The position numbers were made by a program, and so were the translations under genes. Positions 1-12,260 of a DNA stretch of 64,000 nucleotides are shown piece after piece. The notes below the pieces were generated by a model. It saw only the letters and a program-made list of their open reading frames with translations, ran no database searches and was not told where the DNA came from. The stretch is from Octopus sinensis (Eukaryota). Location of the stretch: positions 8,432,001-8,496,000 of the forward strand of contig NC_043026.1 in NCBI RefSeq assembly GCF_006345805.1. The letters run 5' to 3'. The number at the start of each line of letters is the position of its first letter. Within the stretch, counting starts at the first letter, position 1.

Positions 1-951
1 GGGTTTCTTTGGTTATGAATTCGTATTTTATTCTATTCTCTTCCCAGTCAATGACGTATATGGTCCGACCAAACATTTCTACACCTATAAGCGTAGAATG
101 TTCCAAATAAGAAACCAAGATTAATCCTAGCTGAATTCTTTTGATTTCCAAACTTAAAGGGTTGATAATAAGAATCATCTTTCGAAATGGGAGGGTGGCG
201 AGGACTGTGTCTTCACTGATTCTAGTAAAATCAGTGACAGAAGATGAGCAACGAACATCGTTTCTGTTGCCGTCTCTTGTTATACAACATATTGTCATAC
301 AGTGGCGGGAATATGTTACAATTCCCCCTTGTATGACAACAATATTGGATATGGGGTTGCTTAAGTCTTCACCAGATTCCTCAATCTTTGCTTCTCTGGT
401 CACAACTGGCTGAAGAGGCCGAAATTTTGTGGTTAGTTTGGTGGTTCAATGGTCTTGTGTTTGTCTTGTAAAACATTTTTGGTTATGTATTGTTCCAGAA
501 AATATTCAAGTTTTCCTAAAATATCAAAGTCTTGACTATGATAATATTTCTTAAAGTCTTTCATCAGAATTTCTATTCTCTGTGTAAAATGTTTTAGAAA
601 AGTATTTTCATCCATTCCAATTTTTTTTAAAAAAGTACATATTTCTTTCCGAGAATTTATCAACAAATCAATTTTTTCGTCATAGGCATTGAATCTTGTA
701 TAAAATATGTGTTTGTCCAAAATATTTCGTCTTCCCATTATTTCCCAGTTTTTAGGGTCTCCTTTATGTTTTTTTTTTGTTGTTGGCTGAGATGAAGATC
801 GTTTCTCGGACATTTCTCTCCTGAACCGTCGTCTCTCTCATATTACACCTTTTATTGTCAACTCCTTCTTCATCCCATTTTGGTGTCGAGTTCCTTAAAG
901 CCCTTTCAGAGGGATAAGTTTCCTTAAAGTATTTTCAGTCTGGTCTTCCAT
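1..951 (-). pseudogene. Multi-propeller family copy 1, 5' part (runs off window); four 1-nt A-run deletions disrupt the frame
   Basis: ATG at 951 gives MEDQTENTLRKLIPLK as in copy 3, preceded by the same acceptor TTTCTTTACAG (959-960). Single A missing versus copies 2/3 near 903, 843, 822 and 437. After the last one the frame reads FRPLQPVVTREAKIEESGEDLSNPISNIVV...FITKET to the window edge. Confidence 0.85.
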
Positions 952-1360
952 AGTGAATCTGTAAAGAAATATAAGGAAAACATTTAGCTTTGTGAAAATA
1001 TTGAAGTTTCAGGGAGATGATGTTTGCTTCATCATTTGAAAAACACAAACAAAACATTTATGTATTTCTGTCAGTTAATTAATCTTGTCTAATTAATATT
1101 TAAACAGGTTTGCCATAGAATAATGAATAGAAATGAATATCATGTAGTCCTTAAGCAAGCTACTTACCACACAGCCACTCCTACGCCTAAAATATTTGTT
1201 AAAATATCTTTGATTAAATATTTTATATATTTCTTTACCTTGCAGACCCACAGAGTTAAAATGTATACTAGACTTTAAAAGAAAAACCAGAAACCCTGAG
1301 GTTTATGTAATCAATATATATCAGTATATAGACATGTATGTATTATGTATACATATATAT

Positions 1361-1525
1361 AGGCGCAGGAGTGGCTGTGTGCCAAGTAGCTTGCTAACCA
1401 GCCACATGGTTCCAGGTTCAGTCCCACTGCGTGGCATCTTGGGCAAGTGTCTTCTGTTATAGCCCCGGGCCGACCAATGCCTTGTGAGTGGATTTGGTAG
1501 ACGGAAACTGAAAGAAGCCTGCGTA

Positions 1526-1600
<75 letters not shown>

Positions 1601-1814
1601 ATGTATTTGTGTGTCTGTGTTTGTCTCCTAGCATTGCTTGACAACGGATGCTGGTGTGTTTACGTCCCCGTCACGTAGCGGTTCGGCAAAAGTGACCGAT
1701 AGAATAAGTACTGGGCTTACAAAGAATAAGTCCTGGGGTCGATTTGCTCGACTAAAAGACGGTGCTCCAGCATGGCCGCAGTCAAATGACTGAAACAAGT
1801 AAAAGAGTAAAGAG
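1361..1814 (+). mobile_element. tRNA-derived SINE family A with internal (TA)n/(TG)n
   Basis: A-box-like TGGCTGTGTG, B-box-like GGTTCAGTCC, body CCTTGGGCAAGTGTCTTCT, 3' end GACTGAAACAAGTAAAAGAG; more than 10 copies in the window. Confidence 0.85.
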
Positions 1815-1833
1815 TATATTTATGTGAATATGT

Positions 1834-2289
1834 AGGCACAGGAGTGACTGTGTGGTGGGTGGCTTGCTTACCAACCACATGGTTCCAGGTTCAGTCCCAC
1901 TGCGTGGCACCTTGGGCAAGATTTGGTAAGTAGCTTGCTTACCAACCACATGGTTTTGGGTTTGGCAAGTGTCTTCTACTATGGCCTCGAGCCGACCAAA
2001 GCCTTGTGAGTGGATTTGGTAGACGGAAACTGAAAGAAGCCTGTCATATATATGTATATGTATATGTGTGTGTGTGAGTGTGTTTTTGTGTGTCCATGTC
2101 TGTCCCCCCACATCGCTTAACAACCGGTGCTGGTGTGTTTATGTCCCCATAACTTAGCGGTTCGGCAAAAAGAGACCGATAGAATAAGTACTGGGCTTAC
2201 AAAGAATAAGTCCTGGGATCGATTTGCTCGACTAAAGGTGGTGCTCCAGCATGGCCACAGTCAAATGACTGAAACAAGTAAAAGAGTAA
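1834..2289 (+). mobile_element. SINE family A with duplicated head
   Basis: Same consensus; the GCTTGCTTACCAACCACATGG head segment occurs twice (about 1860 and 1930). Confidence 0.8.
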
Positions 2290-2685
2290 TATCTTCTTAA
2301 ACTTTTATGTCTTAGAATGTGAAAATGCAATTCATAAAGACAAAATCGCAAACCATTAGAAATTATATTTATAAAGAGTAAATATATTTGAAATGCGACA
2401 ATTTGTTTAAAATAAATTAGAACATGCTTTCTGTTGTTGATGCTTAACTTATGGTCATAGTAAGCCTGTGGTCAAAGCCGCTTTAGCCATCACCGTCTCA
2501 TAGTATTCATTATTTCATATGTTTAGTTCACACAACAATTTAGAGATTCCGTTGTTGGTTCGTAATGGAGTTTATAATAAGTCCAGACAATGTAACATAT
2601 TTCTCAGAGGTTATCCATTTGATGAATAATATCCACAGATGGTTAGAAAACATATTTAATGCATTCCACATTAAAATATTAACAT

Positions 2686-3090
2686 AGGCGCAGGAGTGGC
2701 TGCGTGGTAAGTAGCTTGCTAACCAATCACATGGTTCCGGGTTCAGTCCCACTGCGTGGCACCTTGGGCAAGTGTCTTCTGCTATAGCCCCGGGCCGACC
2801 AATGCCATGTGAGTGGATTTGGTAGATGGAAACTGAAAGAAGCCTGTCGTATATATGTATATATGAGTGTGTTTGTGTGTCTGTGTTTGTTCCCCTAGCA
2901 TTGCTTGACAACCGATGCTGGTGTGTTTACGTCCCTGTAACTTAGCGGTTTGGCAAAAAGAGACCGATAGAATAAGTACTGGGCTTACAAAAAGAATAAG
3001 TCCCGGGGTCGAGTTGCTCGACTAAAGGCGGTGCTGCAGCATGGCCGCAGTCAAATGACTGAAATAAGTAAAAGAGAGAGTAAAAGAGTA
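2686..3090 (+). mobile_element. SINE family A
   Basis: Full match to the family consensus. Confidence 0.85.
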
Positions 3091-3224
3091 TAGGATAAAG
3101 ATGTGATGAGAGAAAAATATTTGTTGTCACCAAGTTTATTATCTAAACAATACCTTTTATTGACTTAATTATTATAAATTCAAATTTGATTATCAAAACA
3201 ATTACATTTATGTTCAAAGTTTGA

Positions 3225-3970
3225 TATTAAGAAGAAAAATAATCAGAAGACATGAAAGGAGACCTCAATGTGGTCCCTCTGTATGCTAGAAATAACAGCA
3301 TAAATTTCCTTCAAGCCACACTTTTCCAACTGCTTCTAATGTCCATCTGCCCAACTGTAGAGATGTGTACCCTTTTGATACCAATTTGGCTAAAACCACC
3401 TCTGGCTCCGTACTACAAATGTCTTGTTTACAAAAGTCCTGAATTAAAATCTTCCACCAAACCTTAGTCACAATTTATGCTCCTAACACTAGCTTAATGA
3501 TAACGAACTTATTTTACTAAATTCTTTGTTGTATTTAAAATTAATTGAATGAAACACAGAGCATCTCCATAATAAATAGGGTAATGAAAGGGTTGAGAAG
3601 AAAAATAACCAGCAGAAGGAATCAGAGAAGGAGACCTCAATGTGGTCCCTCTATATGCTAGAAATAATAGCCTAAATTTCCTTCAATCCACACTCTTCCA
3701 ACAGCTTCTAATGTCCATCTGCCTAAATGTAGAGGTGTATTTAACCCTTTTGATACCAACCTGGCTAAAACCACCTCTGGCTCTGTACTACAAATGTCTT
3801 GTTTTCATAAATTTTGAATCAAAATCTTCCACCAAACCTTAGTCACAATTTATGTTCCTAACACTAGCTGAATGATAACGAACTTATTTTACTAAATTCT
3901 TTGTTATATTTAAAGTAATTGAAAGAAACACAGAGCATCTCAAAATAAATACAGTAACAAAAGGGTTAAA
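3225..3970 (+). repeat. Tandem dimer (about 375-bp units) of a repeat ending AAAGGG-TTAA, possibly piggyBac-like MITE 3' ends
   Basis: GGAGACCTCAATGTGGTCCCTCT occurs near 3257 and 3630; units end AAAGGGTTGA and AAAGGGTTAA. No matching 5' TIR seen. Confidence 0.55.
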
Positions 3971-4256
3971 ATAGAAATCGTTAGACTATGGATGACCAAA
4001 TTTCAACAGGTGTATAGACCATTGTTTGTATTAGAGTGCATTGTTGAACCATTCAAAGCTTTTTATTCTTTACGGTTTTAAAAACTTTCACTGCTTAAAA
4101 GAAGGGAAAGATCCGTTGGTAGGATGTTGAACAAAATATCTTCCAGTATTTTTTTCTGACTCCCTATGTTCGGGGTTGAAACCCAGGTGTGGTCGACTTT
4201 GAATCAGTAGACATTGGACGAGTTGTCCTCTAGTATTTGTTCTGTCTCTTCGTGGT

Positions 4257-4288
<32 letters not shown>

Positions 4289-4419
4289 TATATATATATA
4301 TACATATATATACTGCAGCACACCCAGGGGCAAGATTTAATCACCTAAACCCTTCGGTTTATTTTGCACAAAGGATTTTAAATGTCAGGTCTCCCCTTAA
4401 GGATATCTTCCTCACAGCT

Positions 4420-5650
4420 ACCAGTCTCAGTGACTCTGGGAAAATAAAGGGTCCCACACTTATAAAAAATTGAAGTTAAGAAAAAACTGATTAATTAAGC
4501 AACTGTAAAATTGATTTATGAAATTTTAAATTTCACTCGAGAATTAGAAATCCACTGTAAACTACCTAAATACTGTATCCTTAGATGAACATTTCCGTAA
4601 TGTAACACTAAAATTTTCTAGTCTTATAAAATATTGACTGAGAATATGACACAGTTCAACATAACAGTATATTTAAGAAGCAGGTCTGGCGACTTTTTAA
4701 TGACGTAAATGTGTAAGTAAATTGTCTGTTAATTAAAATGATTGTAACAAAAATATTTACCAGAGTTGATAGACAAGGTTTCAATTACAGCCTGAAGTCT
4801 CTTTGTCTCAGGAATATCATGTGAGTTTGTTGAAGGTGCGGCAAAGAGCGTGACTTCTGCAACTGGTGATGTAAAGCTTATTCACAAAGCAGGACCTAGT
4901 TTCTACATAAGTGGATGATACATTGTCAGATGTCTGTATGTGTGTGTGTGTGTGTAGCGGTGTTTAAATGTGTATAAGGTGGCGAGCTGGCAGAAACGTT
5001 AGCACGCCAGGCGAAATGCGTAGCCGTATTTCGTCTGCCGTTGCGTTCTGAGTTCAAATTCCGCCGAGGTCCACTTTGCCTTTCATCCTTTCGGGGTCGA
5101 TAAATTAAGTACCAGTTACGTACTGGGGTCGATATAATCGACTTAATCCGTTTATATGTCCTTGTTTGTTCCCTCTATGTTTAGCCCCTTGTGGGTAATA
5201 AAGAAATAGGTATTTCGTCTGCCGTTACGTTCTGAGTTCAAATTCCGCCGAGGTCAACTTTGCCTTTCATCCTATCGGGGTCAATAAATTAAGTACCAGT
5301 TACGCACTGGGGTTGATATAATCGACTTAATCCGTTTGTCTGTCCTTGTTTGTCCCCTCTGTGTTTAGCCCCTTGTGGGTAGTAAAGAAATTGCTGTTTA
5401 AATGTGTATGTGTGTGTGTGTAATTGTATGCTGTAGTGTGTATGTAAGTGTAGGTTTTCTTAAAGTTATGTGTGTGTATGTTAGCCACTTTAAAATGACA
5501 AAAGGCTTCAAACTGCCTGAAACTGAGAACAATGCATCCCTCACTCCCCCCCCCCATTCACTTTTACATTCCTCCCTCTCTCTCTCTACCTTTATGTCAT
5601 CTACAATGACGCCACCACCACTCCATTACTCAACCCTTTCACATATCTCT
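4420..5650 (-). promoter_or_regulatory. Conserved upstream/5'-leader block of copy 1 (interrupted by a SINE B)
   Basis: The reverse complement aligns with 14520-15330 and 28315-29150, including donor CTG|GTAAAT (4760) and acceptors TTCTCAG| (4638) and TTTATTTTCCCAG| (4436). Confidence 0.6.
4976..5394 (+). mobile_element. SINE family B with 15-bp TSD and an internal ~184-bp tandem duplication
   Basis: TSD TGTTTAAATGTGTAT at 4961-4975 and 5395-5409; head GGTGGCGAGCTGGCAGAA with B-box-like GAGTTCAAATTCC; body repeated near 5027 and 5211. Confidence 0.9.
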
Positions 5651-5651
5651 C

Positions 5652-6023
5652 TCTTTTATTCTTTTACTTGTTTCAGTCATTTGCCCGTGGTCATGCTGGA
5701 GCACCACCTTTTTAGTCGAGCAAATCGACCCCAGGACTTATACTTATGTAAGCCCAGTACTTAACCTATCGGTCTCTTTTGCTGAACCGCTAAGTTACGG
5801 GGACGTAAACACACCAGCATATATATATATATAGATATATATATATATATACATATATACGACAGGCTTCTTTCAGTTTCCTTCTACCAAATCCACTCAC
5901 AAGGCTTTGGTCAGCCCGAGGCTATAGTAGAAGACACTTACCCAAGGTGCCATGCAGTGGAACTGAACCCGGAACCATGTGGTTCGTAAGCAAGCTATTT
6001 ATCACACAGCCATGCCTACGCCT
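5652..6023 (-). mobile_element. SINE family A
   Basis: Reverse complement of the consensus. Confidence 0.8.
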
Positions 6024-6224
6024 ATATACAATCAATGTTTAAGGACGATCAACCAAATATTTCTTTGCGCCCAGGTTCTGTCCATGGGGAAAATAGTTTG
6101 AGGAAGTCTTATCCTACATAGAAGACTAGACACACATATGCATGTAGAGACATACACAGACTCTATCATATACACATTCATACATGAAGGGTACCCGAAA
6201 AATAATTTCTGTGTAAAAATAAAA

Positions 6225-6387
6225 AGGCGCAGGAGTGGCTGTGTGGTAAGTAGCTTGTTTACCAACCACATGGTTCCGGGTTCAGTCCCGTTGTGTGGCA
6301 CCTTGGGCAAGTGTCTTCTGCTATAGCCTCGGGCCGACCAAAGCCTTGTGAGTGGATTTGGTAGACGGAAACTGAAAGAAGCCCATC

Positions 6388-6425
<38 letters not shown>

Positions 6426-6636
6426 TTATGTATGTGTGTGTGTGTCTGTGTTTGTCCCCTCCCAACATCGCTTGACAACCGATGCTGGTGTGTTTATGTC
6501 CCCGTCACTTAGCGGTTCGGCAAAGAGACCAATAGAATAAGTACTGGGCTTACAAAGGAATAAGACCCGATTAAAGGCAGTGCTCCAGCATGGCCGCAGT
6601 CAAAATGACTGAAACAAGTAAAAGAGTAAAAGAGTA
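6225..6636 (+). mobile_element. SINE family A
   Basis: Full match to the consensus. Confidence 0.85.
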
Positions 6637-7139
6637 TAGAATTGATTATTGAAGATTTTCATTAGATTCATTGCAGTCATATTTACTTAGAAAGAAAAGG
6701 AAATGGAAGCAATTTTGTGAATTCACTTCCTTTACCGGGTGCTGTGTTGTGTTCTTGAGCAAAGCACTTCGTCTCGTGTTGCTTTGCCATCACTTCAACA
6801 CCTCATGTGTGGTACACTGCGCACCTGTTCAGGTAAACATCGATTTGATGGAGAGAGTGAGCTAAAGTACAGCATGAACATTTCATCACTATAAACAAAT
6901 TGTTTGTGCAGGTCGTTGGGCAAAAGATGAACGCTCCTATGTTGCTTTCAACCAGAGAGTCCATCATACATTCATTCATACATACATACGTACACACACA
7001 AATATATATACATACATATATAAAAATACACACACACACGTAAGTACGTAAAGTTCATATACATACATATATTAATATGTGTGAATATAAGCATGTAAAT
7101 ATATATATTCATATATATGTATATAATATAATAATAATG

Positions 7140-7628
7140 AAATTATTGTATACAGTGCTCAGGTGCACCACAACTCGTCAGAAAGTGCATATAAAGTACA
7201 TGCAGTAGTGTAGAAATGTCTGGAAAGTGAACATGCTTGTGTGTGTATGGAGGGGAGAAAATCAGGTGTAGTGTTGGCGAATCTCAGGAAGCATGGAAGT
7301 TTTGAAATATGCAGTGCTCCGACAACTAACAACTGATGCCGGCAGTTTGTTCCATGCTTCAGCAACTCTCAGCGTGAAAAAATGTTTCCTGAAGTCATGG
7401 GAGCTGTGCTGTTTTCTTACTTTGTAAATATGTCCACGGGTGTTAGACGGGTGGAGTTTGAAAAGGTGCTCAGAGTTATTGTTTGTAAGATGGTTGATAA
7501 TTTTATGGGTGTCTACCAAGTCAGCTGCCAGGCGTCGGAGTTTCAATGTGTCCATGCCCAGGCAAGTAAGGCGTTCAGAATATGGCAAATGCCTTATGGA
7601 GGGTATTCTTTTGGTTGCACGTCGCTGA
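7140..7628 (-). mobile_element. CR1/L2-clade LINE 3' fragment (ORF2 C-terminus)
   Basis: QRRATKRIP...YSERL..L..TLKLRRLAADL...RGH...RKHFFTLRVAEAWNKLP matches CR1-type ORF2 tails; (ATT)-like tail near 7130; absent from the homologous site near 27040. Confidence 0.85.
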
Positions 7629-7860
7629 CAGATATATGTGTGTATACAGATATGTATATACACATACACATACACACACATATCCATATACTTATGTATG
7701 TGTATGTTGATCTTTTACTTGATCCTCCAGTCATTAAATTGAGGCCAAGCTGTGGCACCACTTATTCAAATGGACTGACTCTGCACTTATTTTCTTATAT
7801 GTATATATATATATATATAGATAAGAAAGTTTGTTTGGTAAAGCACGTGGGTGAATATAT

Positions 7861-8985
7861 AAGAAAATAGTAAAGTGTGAAAAAACGACAGAAGGCTTAA
7901 ATGTTAAAAAATATATATATTGTGTCAAAATGTCTGGAGAATATTGGAAAAATTTTTTTCCTTTCCTTAAAATGACATAATTTAAAAATTTTTAAAGAAT
8001 TACCGGTTTCGCGTGTAGCTTTTCAAATTTCTTGTGACGTTATGTTTATATTGCATGGAATTATCGTTGTTTTTATTTCCAGGAGATTTCTAAATAAGGG
8101 GAGGTAGTGAGTGATTTTTTCCGGTGTAGGGAGATAATCGCTTAAAAAATTTTTTTTCCATTCCTTGTTAATTTCTCTGTGTCAGTATGTTCGGATGGTT
8201 GAGTCTGGGTTTGTACTTTTCAATGAAGAATGTTTCCTTGTTCAGTCTCATTTGTGTTGATGATCCGAAAGCACATTGGTAAAATGGGAAGATTAAAAAT
8301 TGTGGCAGTAGTTGCTTTGCGCATTTCTCAATGTGCTCACTAAAAGGTATCATTCTATATTCTGGGAATGCAATCTGTTGTCGTGGAACCGTGGAACCAG
8401 TCCCGTGGAACCAAGACTACGTGGGTTCCACGGGACTATCACTCAGGCGCAGATGCACACTGCATCGACAACAGATTGCATTCCCAGAATATAGAATGAT
8501 ACCTTTTAGTGAGCACATTGAGAAATGCGCAAAGCAACTACTGCCACAATTTTTAATCTTCCCATTTTACCAATGTGCTTTCGGATCATCAACACAAATG
8601 AGACTGAACAAGGAAACATTCTTCATTGAAAAGTACAAACCCAGACTCACCATCCGAACATACTGACACAGAGAAATTAACAAGGAAATGGAAAAAAAAT
8701 TTTTAAGCGATTATCTCCCCTACACCGGAAAAAATCACTCACTACCTCCCCTTATTAGAAATCTCTGGAAATAAAAACAACGATAATTCCATGCAATATA
8801 AACATAACGTCACAAGAAATTTGAAAAGCTACACGCGAAACCGGTAATTTCTTTAAAAATTTTTAAATTATGTCATTTTAAGGAAAGGAAAAAAATTTTT
8901 CCAATATTCTCCAGACATTTTGACACAAATATATATATTTTTTAACATTTAAGCCTTCTGTCGTTTTTTCACACTTTACTATTTT

Positions 8986-8988
<3 letters not shown>
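7861..8988. mobile_element. Penelope-like element 3' fragment duplicated as a fold-back palindrome (about 523-bp arms)
   Basis: 7861-8383 is the reverse complement of 8466-8988. The + strand encodes YVGSTGLSLRRR..LH...SEHI...KETFFIEKYKPRL, a GIY-YIG endonuclease C-terminal part. Confidence 0.85.
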
Positions 8989-9019
<31 letters not shown>

Positions 9020-9051
9020 GAGCGAGAAAGAAGCAACAAGAATGGATAAGT

Positions 9052-9142
9052 TTTTAGTACAATCGTTTCATACAAAGACAGGCTTTATTAAAAGTTGCAA
9101 AAATTGCAGCATATAAACGTGTCCCGTACTCATCAGCTAAAA
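9052..9142 (-). ncRNA. Type I hammerhead ribozyme (left arm)
   Basis: Minus strand reads TTTTAG-CTGATGA-GTAC...GTAT-GAAAC-GATT-GTA-CTAAAA. Confidence 0.75.
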
Positions 9143-9752
9143 TACATGTGAGTTCTCTAGACATCTTAGTGGTTGAGGCTATACTCATGAAGTAATGTAG
9201 ATAATTAAGTAACATAAGCAGATTTCCAAAGTTCATTAAAGTTCTTTAAAGATGATGTACAGTCTTATCACAGATTTTTAAAAAAGTTTTAATAGCATCA
9301 CAGAGAAGGTGACTTAATCCATAGTGTACATATGAACTTCCAGAGATATGAGGAGGGATTACATACTCACAGACGACAAATTTATCCATGGCTAATCACA
9401 ACGAGGTGGGTCTCAATTCCTGCTTATTAGCATTACAGAGAGGGTGAATTAATCCTCTGTAATGCTAATAAGCAGGAATTGAGACCCACCTCGTTGTGAT
9501 TAGCCATGGATAAATTTGTCGTCTGTGAGTATGTAATCCCTCCTCATATCTCTGGAAGTACATATGTACACTATGGATTAAGTCACCTTCTCTGTGATGC
9601 TATTAAAACTTTTTTAAAAATCTGTGATAAGACTGTACATCATCTTTAAAGAACTTTAATGAACTTTGGAAATCTGCTTATGTTACTTAATTATCTACAT
9701 TACTTCATGAGTATAGCCTCAACCACTAAGATGTCTAGAGAACTCACATGTA

Positions 9753-9843
9753 TTTTAGCTGATGAGTACGGGACACATTTATATGCTGCAATTTTTGCAA
9801 CTTTTAATAAAGCCTGTCTTTGTATGAAACGATTGTACTAAAA
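9753..9843 (+). ncRNA. Type I hammerhead ribozyme (right arm) with a large loop II
   Basis: Stem I TTTTAG (9753-58)/CTAAAA (9838-43); core CTGATGA (9759-65); stem II GTAC/GTAT; GAAAC (9826-30); loop GATT; cleavage triplet GTA (9835-37). Confidence 0.75.
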
Positions 9844-10018
9844 CTTATCCATTCTTGTTGCTTCTTTCTCGCTTATAATCACCCCACATTACTGTATTGT
9901 TAAAACCGTATAGTTTTTTGGTGCATCTAAGTTAGGTACCATATTCAAGTAAATTCATTAAAATTGACTTGAATCTTTATTGCTTTTTGTATATATATAT
10001 ATATATATATACATGTAT

Positions 10019-10051
<33 letters not shown>

Positions 10052-10054
10052 CAT

Positions 10055-10460
10055 AGGCGCAGCAGTGGCTGTGTGGTAAGTAGCTTGCTAACCAACCACA
10101 TAGTTCCGTGTTCAGTCCCACTGCGTGGCATCTTGGGCAAGTGTCTTCTACTATAGCCCCGGGCCGACCAATGCCTTGTGAGTGGATTTGGTAGACGGAA
10201 ACTGAAAGAAGCCTGTCGTATATATGTATATATATATATGTGTATGTGTTTGTGTGTCTGTGTTTGTCCCCATAGCATTGCTTGACAACCGATGCTGGTG
10301 TGTTTACGTCCCCATCACCTAGCAGTTCGGCAAAAGAGACCGATAGAATAAGTACTGGGCTTACAAAGAATAAGTCCCGGGGTCGAGTTGCTCGACTAAA
10401 GGCGGTGCTCCAGCATGGCCGCAGTCAAATGACTGAAACATGTAAAAGAGTAAAAGAGAG
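10055..10460 (+). mobile_element. SINE family A
   Basis: Full match to the consensus. Confidence 0.85.
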
Positions 10461-10478
10461 AGAGAGAGAGTATGTATA

Positions 10479-10549
<71 letters not shown>

Positions 10550-11789
10550 ATGAAAATTTAAATATTGCAATACAAATGTATTACTTTCCCATCAAATAAA
10601 ACACCAGGTAAAGGTAGAAGTATAAATATAGAGTAGTGGTACAACAAGGCACCAATGTTTACTGGAAATAGCAGTCAATAAGCTTCACTGTGCATATATA
10701 CTGAGAAAGATGCGTGAAGGCTGGGAACATAAAGACTTCCATCTTACCTCTAGGAAGAACATTAGATAAATGGACAACCCAGAATCGGATAATCTAGTGC
10801 CCAGGTTTCAGACCCTTTAAATACGTTTGTAAATTTGATTAGTCTTCTTCATCTAGATTTACCTGGACAATACTTCAAATGTACATATATATATATATGT
10901 GTGTGTGTGTGTATGTATGTATGTATATGTGTGTGTGTGTCTATATATGTATACATATATTCTATCGTTTTATTGTTTTCTTTTACTCATTTCAGCCATG
11001 CAGCTGTGGTCATGCTGGAGCACCACCACACATATATATATATAGACAGACAGATAGATAGATAGATAGACAGGCAGACTGAGTTTCTTACTTAAAAGCA
11101 ATTTCCAGTGTTCTCCTTTCTTCGGTGGGGTGGAGGGTGGAGGGTGTATCAGATTTCTTTTCACGCAGTCTTCATGTCTGCCCAGGTCTTGATGGGTGTG
11201 GCACATCCCTACGCACACACATTAGCATGCAGGTGGTTGCACACACGCATACATATATGCACACACATACACATGAATAGAAATTGCAAGAGGTCAAAAT
11301 AATAAGCAAAAAAAAAAAATAAGTGAAAAAGGAAAAAAAAACCGGTTGTTGTGCATTATTGAATGAAAGGATTTAATACCTGCTGAATAGAAGAATCAGG
11401 TGAGTTTTATTTGAAAAGATGAAATTTGTCAACCACAATGTCACCTGTGTTTATGTCTAAGTAAAAACATACATAAGAGTGAGTGTGTGTGTGGGCAGAT
11501 GTGCTTGGCTACACATTTACTTATACAGAAATACAGATGTCATTGTGACCTAATCTGAAAACAATTGTTTGAAATAAAAGTCACCTGATGTTTCTCTATT
11601 CAAAAAGATTTAGTCATTTCAGTCAATAAAGCACAACCTATTTTTTAGGTTTATGAGTTTGTTTTCGCAAGATTATCCATGTTTCTGGCCCAGTCAACCG
11701 AAAACAAGTAGACACCCTACCACCACCTCCATGGCCAAGAATACCCTTATGGAGAGGTGGAAAGGGTGGATAAGAGGTATAAGGATCCC

Positions 11790-12260
11790 TGAAAACTTTG
11801 ACCAGGTGAAAAAAATGTCAAAGTTACTTTAAAGGGTCAAATGTTCAAGTTCAATAAAAATATATATGCCCAGGAAGTGGGGCAACCATATGGCCAACCT
11901 CTTTATGGTATGGTGGGATAAAAGAACGCTCTGCAGAGAACTTCATAACCCTAACCATGTACTCTTGCCATGTTAATGATTTCAAGAAATGTACAGTGAT
12001 GTACAGAGGGATGGTGCAGAAACATGATAACGATATGATGAAGATTAAGGGTCACTGGTGATACCTCATGGAGGAGAAAAGCTCATTAGTGCTATACCAA
12101 CAAGCTAAGAACATGGGGCACAACGGATAACATAGATGTTAAGATTCTAGGCATACACATAGCAAATAGGATATTGAAATATATTATGGAGGCCACACAC
12201 ATAATAAAAAGTAGGCCAAACCTCAACAGAAAACACGAAAGGAATAATAATATTCCCCCT
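11790..12260 (+). mobile_element. Degenerate Penelope-like element (RT fragment joined to GIY-YIG C-terminus)
   Basis: Frame pieces FKFNKNIYAQEVG..ANLFMVWWDK (PLE RT) and VKILG...MEATHIIKSRPNLNRK (GIY-YIG tail). Confidence 0.6.

Larger units (their letters stand above)
9021..9873. mobile_element. Penelope-type pLTR fragment as a fold-back palindrome (about 420-bp arms, 14-nt spacer)
   Basis: 9021-9440 is the reverse complement of 9455-9873 with about 2 substitutions and 1 indel; each arm ends in a hammerhead motif. Confidence 0.85.

Noticed and set aside
1311-1678. ORFs rich in YIYI/CVCV (also about 6032, 9958, 10282, 24664, 30308, 57261, 59974)
   Set aside because: Translations of (TA)n/(TG)n microsatellites and SINE A bodies; not genes.
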